In this document: positions 58,872 through 64,000 of the stretch, in pieces | Numbering within the stretch: the first letter of the stretch is position 1 | Layout of the letters: each line of letters starts with the position of its first letter | Source: a candidate division FCPU426 bacterium | GTDB lineage: Bacteria; Oederibacteriota; Muellerivitia; Muellerivitales; Muellerivitaceae | NCBI GenBank assembly: GCA_963796105.1 | Contig: CAWCKJ010000004.1 | Location: forward strand, 800,001 to 864,000 | Direction: 5' to 3' | DNA length: 64,000 bases | The notes under the pieces: model-generated | Told to the model about the DNA's origin: nothing | The model's input: only the letters and a program-made list of their open reading frames with translations | Databases searched by the model: none | Program-made: the position numbers and the translations under genes

Positions 58872-60290
58872 TTACAAGGAGTAATCGCCTTCCATCAGCT
58901 TCTTTTTCAGGCTGTCGGTCTCGGACAGCAAAACGAGATCGGATAGGAGCAGTTCCTCTATCTTTTCATAGGCATGAATGATGGTAGTGTGATCCTTGCC
59001 TCCGAAGGCCGCGCCGATCTCGGTCAGGGAATGGGCGGTCAACTCCCTGGAAAGGTACATGGCGATTTGTCTTGGATAGGCGATCTGTTTCGTCCGCTTT
59101 TTGGACTTCATGTCGGAATACTTGCAATTGTAATGCTCCGCCACCACCCTTTGAATGGCCTCAACGGATATCCTCTTCTCTTCCCTGGGAAAGGTGTCCT
59201 TGAGGACTTCCTTCACCATCTCCAGGGTGATTTCCTGGCGGGTAAGGGAGGCAAAGGCGATCACCCGGAGCATGGAACCCTCCAGCTCGCGGATATTTGC
59301 CTTGGCATGGTTGGCGATGAAAACCGTCACCTCATTGGGCACCAAAATGCCCTCGCTCTCAGCCTTTTTCCGCAAAATGGCGATGCGGGTTTCCAAGTCC
59401 GGCTCTTGAATATCGGTGATCAAGCCCATCTCAAAGCGGTTCTTCAGCCTTTCCTCCAGCTTGATTTCCTTGGGATGGCTGTCGGAGGTCGCCACAATCT
59501 GCTTTTGGGCCTCATACAAAACGTTGAAAGTATGGAAAAATTCCTCCTGGGTGGCTTCCTTGCCTTCCCAGAACTGGATATCGTCAATCAAAAGGACGTC
59601 AACGGTCCTGTATTTATTACGGAAATCCTGGGCGTGGCCCGATTGAATGGATTGGATGAAGTCATTCATGAATTTTTCGGAGGATATATAGAGAACCTTG
59701 ATATTGGGATTTTGTTCCATGACAAAATTTCCGATGGCTTGCAACAAATGGGTTTTTCCCAAACCCACTCCTCCATAGATGAACAAGGGGTTGTAGGATC
59801 GAGCGGGAGATTCCGCTACGGCTAGACAAGCCGCATGTGCGAATCGGTTGCTGTTTCCGACGACGAAACTCTCAAAGTTAAATTTTGAGTTAAGAATAAA
59901 TTCCGCGTCCGAGGAGCCTTTGCCGGTTGTCGGCATGGTTAAAAGAGGTTTTTGGACAATTTCAACGGTGTTTTGGACTTCGACTTTGTCGGGCGAGGCT
60001 TTTAGGACGGTACCGGGATTCGGATCCACCCAATTGCCGGGGGTTTCCACCACGAACTGAATCTCCAACTGTTCCGGATGGAGATTTTTTAACGCTTTTT
60101 TAATTTGAGGTTGGTAATGGTCCCTGATCCAATCCCTGTAGAATTCATTGGGAACTTGAACACTGATAATGTTACTGTCGTCAATTAGGGAAGCTTTTGT
60201 GGGTTTAAACCAAGTCTCGAAACTTTGACGATTTAGATCATTTTTGAGGTTCTCCAGACAACGATCCCAAATATCGGCATGAACAGTCAT
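58872..60290 (-). CDS. dnaA: Chromosomal replication initiator
   Basis: YNPLFIYGGVGLGKTHL, LLIDDIQF, NIRELEG, GGKDHTT. Confidence 0.99.
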   Translation of the reverse strand: MTVHADIWDRCLENLKNDLNRQSFETWFKPTKASLIDDSNIISVQVPNEFYRDWIRDHYQPQIKKALKNLHPEQLEIQFVVETPGNWVDPNPGTVLKASPDKVEVQNTVEIVQKPLLTMPTTGKGSSDAEFILNSKFNFESFVVGNSNRFAHAACLAVAESPARSYNPLFIYGGVGLGKTHLLQAIGNFVMEQNPNIKVLYISSEKFMNDFIQSIQSGHAQDFRNKYRTVDVLLIDDIQFWEGKEATQEEFFHTFNVLYEAQKQIVATSDSHPKEIKLEERLKNRFEMGLITDIQEPDLETRIAILRKKAESEGILVPNEVTVFIANHAKANIRELEGSMLRVIAFASLTRQEITLEMVKEVLKDTFPREEKRISVEAIQRVVAEHYNCKYSDMKSKKRTKQIAYPRQIAMYLSRELTAHSLTEIGAAFGGKDHTTIIHAYEKIEELLLSDLVLLSETDSLKKKLMEGDYSL

Positions 60291-60463
60291 CCACAAACCT
60301 CCAAGAGATAAAACACTCAAAAAAACCCATAAAAATGGGGTAAAACCAATAGGCCGGAGAAATTATCCCCTGTTTATCCCCATACCGGGTAACTAAGACT
60401 TCCCATTCTTTTTTTGTTTGTCGCGGGGCATTTATCCACAATTATTCACAGGTTTGTGGATAA
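60287..60463. promoter_or_regulatory. DnaA-box cluster upstream of dnaA
   Basis: TTATCCACA 60432, TTATTCACA 60442, TGTGGATAA 60455, TTATCCCCA 60374, and TCATCCACA over the start codon. Confidence 0.88.
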
Positions 60464-60993
60464 CTTTGAGAGCCAATATCCTTTTAATATTGGATATTTT
60501 TAAAATGAATGCGTCCAGGGTCCAAAAGCCCGTCGGACATTCCCGCTTAAAAGCCTCATGTTTTAGTCACTACTTCTTGTGTTTCGCGATTAGGAGCAAA
60601 ACCAGTTCACAACATATCCACCGTCGCTCACAGCCTTCCCGTCAAAATCACCGGGAAGATCGAGGCTACCCGGCTAGAAAACCAAAATAAATTTCCTGAT
60701 TTAAAAAAATTTCCAGGAAATTAACTTGCATCACTCCTTTTAAAACTTTTTCAATTTAAGTCAAGAAAATTTTAAGCGAATGGAAAAAATATTTTGGATT
60801 AAAAATTCTTTTATTTCCACGCATATATACCACCCTTGAGTGAATTTTTCAGGGGGTAAAAAAAATATTTTTTCGCGGCGGGGTTATGAGCGTGAAAAAA
60901 AACTCAATGGAAGAATGTAAGGCTTGACATTTTTTCATTTCTTTCGGATGGAAAGGTCCGTTCTTAACATGGGAGGCGCTGGGAAAAATATTT

Positions 60994-62016
60994 TCAGTAG
61001 CTCAACGAGTCCAGTTTCACTTTCCCACGGAAGACCCAGTAAATGCTCGCGGTGTAGCCTACCACGAGGGGCATTCCCACGGCCGCGATCAGGGTCATGA
61101 TTTTCAAGGTTTTCACGGAGGAGGCCGCGTTGTAGATCGTCAGGCTGTTCTCGGGAGAGGGGCTTGAAAAAACGAGATTGGGGTACATGCCGATCCCGAA
61201 AAGCGCCATCAGGCTCACCAGCGCGGCGCATGAGGAAAGGAACGCGCGGAACTCCAAACCCTTGCTGATGTTGCGGGGAATGTTGGCGATCGCCAGGACG
61301 CTGGCGAAGGGGACCACAAAAAGGAACGGATGACTGCGGATGGTCTCGATCATGTGGGGAACATAAAGCAAGGTCGCCATGGTCGTTATGATGTAACAAA
61401 GGATGAAGAGGATCATGGTGTTCTTGATCCAGCCCCTCAAGCGGTCCTGGAGCGAACCCTCGGTTTTCAGGACGATATAAATGGAACCGTGCATGACGAA
61501 CAGGGCCACCGTCGTCATTCCCAACAAAAGGGAATAAGGGTTCAACAAGCCCAAGAAAGTCCCGGCGTATTCCCGGTCCGCGCCCAAGGGAATGCCCCAC
61601 GCGATATTTCCCATCGCGACTCCCACCAGGAATCCCGAGGCGAGGCTGGAGAGGCCGAAGGAGACGTCCCAAAAATTCCTCCACTCCGGGACCGAGATTT
61701 TGCTCCTGAACTCGATGGCCACCGCGCGAAAAATGAGGGCCACCAGCAGCAGCATGAAAGCCAGGTAGAATCCGGAAAAGACCGTGGCGTAAACCTCGGG
61801 GAACGCGGCGAAGAGTGCTCCTCCGCCCGTGACCAGCCAGACCTCGTTCCCGTCCCAAATGGGTCCGATGGCGTTGAGAAACACCCGCCTGTCACGGTCC
61901 TCTTTCACGAAAAGGTGAAGGACGCCGACCCCCAGGTCGAAGCCGTCCAATACCGCGTAACCCGTGAAAAGAACCCCGACTAAGATGAACCAAAGGGTCT
62001 GCCAATCGTAATTCAT
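60994..62016 (-). CDS. cydB: Cytochrome bd oxidase subunit II
   Basis: LDGFDLGVG and IGPIWDGNEVWLVTGGGALFAAFP. Confidence 0.97.
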   Translation of the reverse strand: MNYDWQTLWFILVGVLFTGYAVLDGFDLGVGVLHLFVKEDRDRRVFLNAIGPIWDGNEVWLVTGGGALFAAFPEVYATVFSGFYLAFMLLLVALIFRAVAIEFRSKISVPEWRNFWDVSFGLSSLASGFLVGVAMGNIAWGIPLGADREYAGTFLGLLNPYSLLLGMTTVALFVMHGSIYIVLKTEGSLQDRLRGWIKNTMILFILCYIITTMATLLYVPHMIETIRSHPFLFVVPFASVLAIANIPRNISKGLEFRAFLSSCAALVSLMALFGIGMYPNLVFSSPSPENSLTIYNAASSVKTLKIMTLIAAVGMPLVVGYTASIYWVFRGKVKLDSLSY

Positions 62017-63353
62017 GCCCGGTGTCCTTCCTCGACCTTCATATAAAGGCCGCTTTGGATTTTATCGTTTAAAAGATAGATGAAGAGGATGAAGAGAAGC
62101 AGGTAAATGAAGGAGAAGAGGATAAGAGAGGTCTCTATTTCCATGGGGGAAACTATTTTGGAAAGGCCTTCCGAGGTTTTCATGAGGTTGTAAACAATGT
62201 AGGGTTGGCGGCCCACCTCCGCGGAAAACCAGCCCAGCTGGTTGGCGGCTTGGGGAAGGAGTACGGACCAGACCAATAAGGTCAGGAACCACCGGGAATC
62301 ATAAAGCCTTCCCCGCCACTTCAGGAAGAGCCCCCCGCAAGCGATGAAGATCAAGGCCACTCCGATGGCAATCATTAAATGATAGGTTTGAAAAACAAAA
62401 TTGACGGGGGGTCTTTTATCGGGCGGGAACGACTTGAGCCCCGTCACGGGAGCGTTGAAATCACCGGTGACGAGATAGCTCAATAACCCCGGAACCGCCA
62501 GGCCGAGGGTTTGTTCTTTTTTCTCATCCGCCCAGCCGAATAAATAGGCGGGAGCGGGGGAAAGGGCCTCGAAATGCCCCTCATAGGCGGCCAATTTCGC
62601 GGGCTGGTAGGCAGCCACCGATTTCGCGCTTTGGTGGCCCGAAAGGAGCTGGAGCAGGGAGGCAATCACAGCCACCGAGAGGGCGATGTTCATGCAGGAT
62701 TTCGAGAAGGCCTCGTTTTTATTTTTTAATAAGTAGTAAGCGCAGATGCTCAAGACCGCGAATGCTCCGGCCTGCCAGGCGCCCATATAAACATGGAAGA
62801 TCCGGTCCAGCGAGGAAGGATTCAGGACAAGGGCCCAAAAATCGGTGATTTCAGCCCGGGCGGAGGCGCCCGCCCCGACCAAATGATAGCCCGCGGGGGT
62901 CTGCTGCCAGGAATTCGCCACCACAATCCAGATGGCGCTGAAGTGGGCCCCCAGGCAAACCATCAGGGTGGAGAAAAAATGCATTCCCCGGCTGATCCTG
63001 TCCCATCCGAACAGGAGAAGGGCGAAAAACCCCGACTCCAAAAAGAAGGCGAAGATCCCCTCGGCGGCCAAGGCGCTTCCGAAAACGTCGCCCACGAAGC
63101 GGGAATAGGTGGACCAATTGGTGCCGAATTGGAATTCCATCACAATGCCGGTCGCCACCCCGATGGAGAAGATGAGGCCGAAAATTCTCGTCCAAAATTT
63201 CGCCATCTCCAGGAACAGGGGTCTCTTCGTGAAATAAAAAAAGCCCTCCAGGATAACCAGGATGAGGGAGAGGCCGATACTGAGGGGAGGAAAAATGTAG
63301 TGAAATGCGGCGGTCAAGCCGAACTGCGCGCGGGCGAGGGTAAGGGCGTCCAT
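62013..63353 (-). CDS. cydA: Cytochrome bd oxidase subunit I
   Basis: [31 protein letters not shown]. Confidence 0.97.
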   Translation of the reverse strand: MDALTLARAQFGLTAAFHYIFPPLSIGLSLILVILEGFFYFTKRPLFLEMAKFWTRIFGLIFSIGVATGIVMEFQFGTNWSTYSRFVGDVFGSALAAEGIFAFFLESGFFALLLFGWDRISRGMHFFSTLMVCLGAHFSAIWIVVANSWQQTPAGYHLVGAGASARAEITDFWALVLNPSSLDRIFHVYMGAWQAGAFAVLSICAYYLLKNKNEAFSKSCMNIALSVAVIASLLQLLSGHQSAKSVAAYQPAKLAAYEGHFEALSPAPAYLFGWADEKKEQTLGLAVPGLLSYLVTGDFNAPVTGLKSFPPDKRPPVNFVFQTYHLMIAIGVALIFIACGGLFLKWRGRLYDSRWFLTLLVWSVLLPQAANQLGWFSAEVGRQPYIVYNLMKTSEGLSKIVSPMEIETSLILFSFIYLLLFILFIYLLNDKIQSGLYMKVEEGHRA

Positions 63354-63641
63354 AAAACCTCCTGCGTTTTGATAGGCGAATAGACTAAACCTGGGATGAA
63401 ACGGGTTCAAGAAAAGAATCAACCGATGAGGGAAAAGTTGTTACCCGTACGGTTGAAATCCAATCCATGGCATTCGGGATCAAATAGGGCTGTTCCCTAT
63501 CCGGGCGATTTCCCCTCAAGACTTGAAAAAATTCCTCACGCAGCAGGAATTACGGGTGATTCTGGGCAGCAAGTTGACGCTTTTCCTAAAGCTCCCTAAA
63601 CTGATCCCCTGTTTTTAATCCCAAGTTTCGCAGGCAAAACC

Positions 63642-64000
63642 ATGCCTTTAGTTCAAGCCGAGAATATTTCATTCCAATACCCAAACCATTCCAAATTCCA
63701 ATTGCACCCAACCAGTCTCACGATCGAAAAGGGGGAATTGGTGGGCCTGCTGGGTTCCAACGGCGCAGGAAAATCAACTCTCCTGAAAATTTTGGTGGGG
63801 CTCCTTTCTCCGCTGGAAGGGCAGGTTACTTTCGAGGGTAAACCGCTTCAAGATATTCCTTTCCGGACGCGGGGCCGGAAAATCGCCTATGTTCCCCAAT
63901 CCACGCACTTTACTTTTCCTTTATCCGTTTGGGAGGTGGTGGAAATGGGAAGGCATCCCTACTTGGGCCGGTTTCAGCCCCTGGGAAAGGAGGACCGTCT
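63642..64000 (+). CDS. ABC transporter ATP-binding protein (iron-siderophore/cobalamin type), truncated by the window end
   Basis: GSNGAGKSTLL, AYVPQ, VEMGRHPY; upstream TTGACG-17 nt-TAAACT. Confidence 0.85.
   Translation, partial: MPLVQAENISFQYPNHSKFQLHPTSLTIEKGELVGLLGSNGAGKSTLLKILVGLLSPLEGQVTFEGKPLQDIPFRTRGRKIAYVPQSTHFTFPLSVWEVVEMGRHPYLGRFQPLGKEDR

Noticed and set aside
63360..63640. Cobalamin riboswitch or Rex/Fur box between cydA and the ABC ATPase
   Set aside because: No recognisable consensus motif seen.

Overview
Chromosomal window from a diderm bacterium (TolC, RND pumps, hldD, outer-membrane beta-barrel), with GC-rich genes and AT-rich spacers. The secreted Thr/Pro-repeat protein with a C-terminal FlgD-Ig/sorting-like domain and the GT-C/TMTC genes recall uncultured FCPU426/Firestonebacteria-like genomes; this is inference only. 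The right end holds the replication origin: dnaA-dnaN with DnaA boxes on both sides of dnaA and a DnaA-trio unwinding element. Its neighbours are cydAB and an MrfA-MrfB-like fusion helicase instead of rpmH and recF/gyrB. The left part has a TetR/ECF/TolC/double-RND efflux locus with no adaptor gene, plus housekeeping genes. There are two accessory hotspots. (1) 27.8-33.4 kb: a 1.9-kb surface-protein cassette between exact 37-bp direct repeats, two IS1595 elements inserted tail-to-tail at one 8-bp target, the 5' part (DI-DII) of a group II intron still at its EBS1/IBS1 site, and a TacAT toxin-antitoxin pair. (2) 45-52 kb: an ATPase cassette bracketed by a synonymously diverged copy of the neighbouring gene's 3' end, AT-rich orphan genes, and a non-coding 43-bp/21-bp tandem array interrupted by an IS21 element. 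No rRNA, tRNA or CRISPR array was seen. All calls are by-eye motif recognition; no database searches were run.
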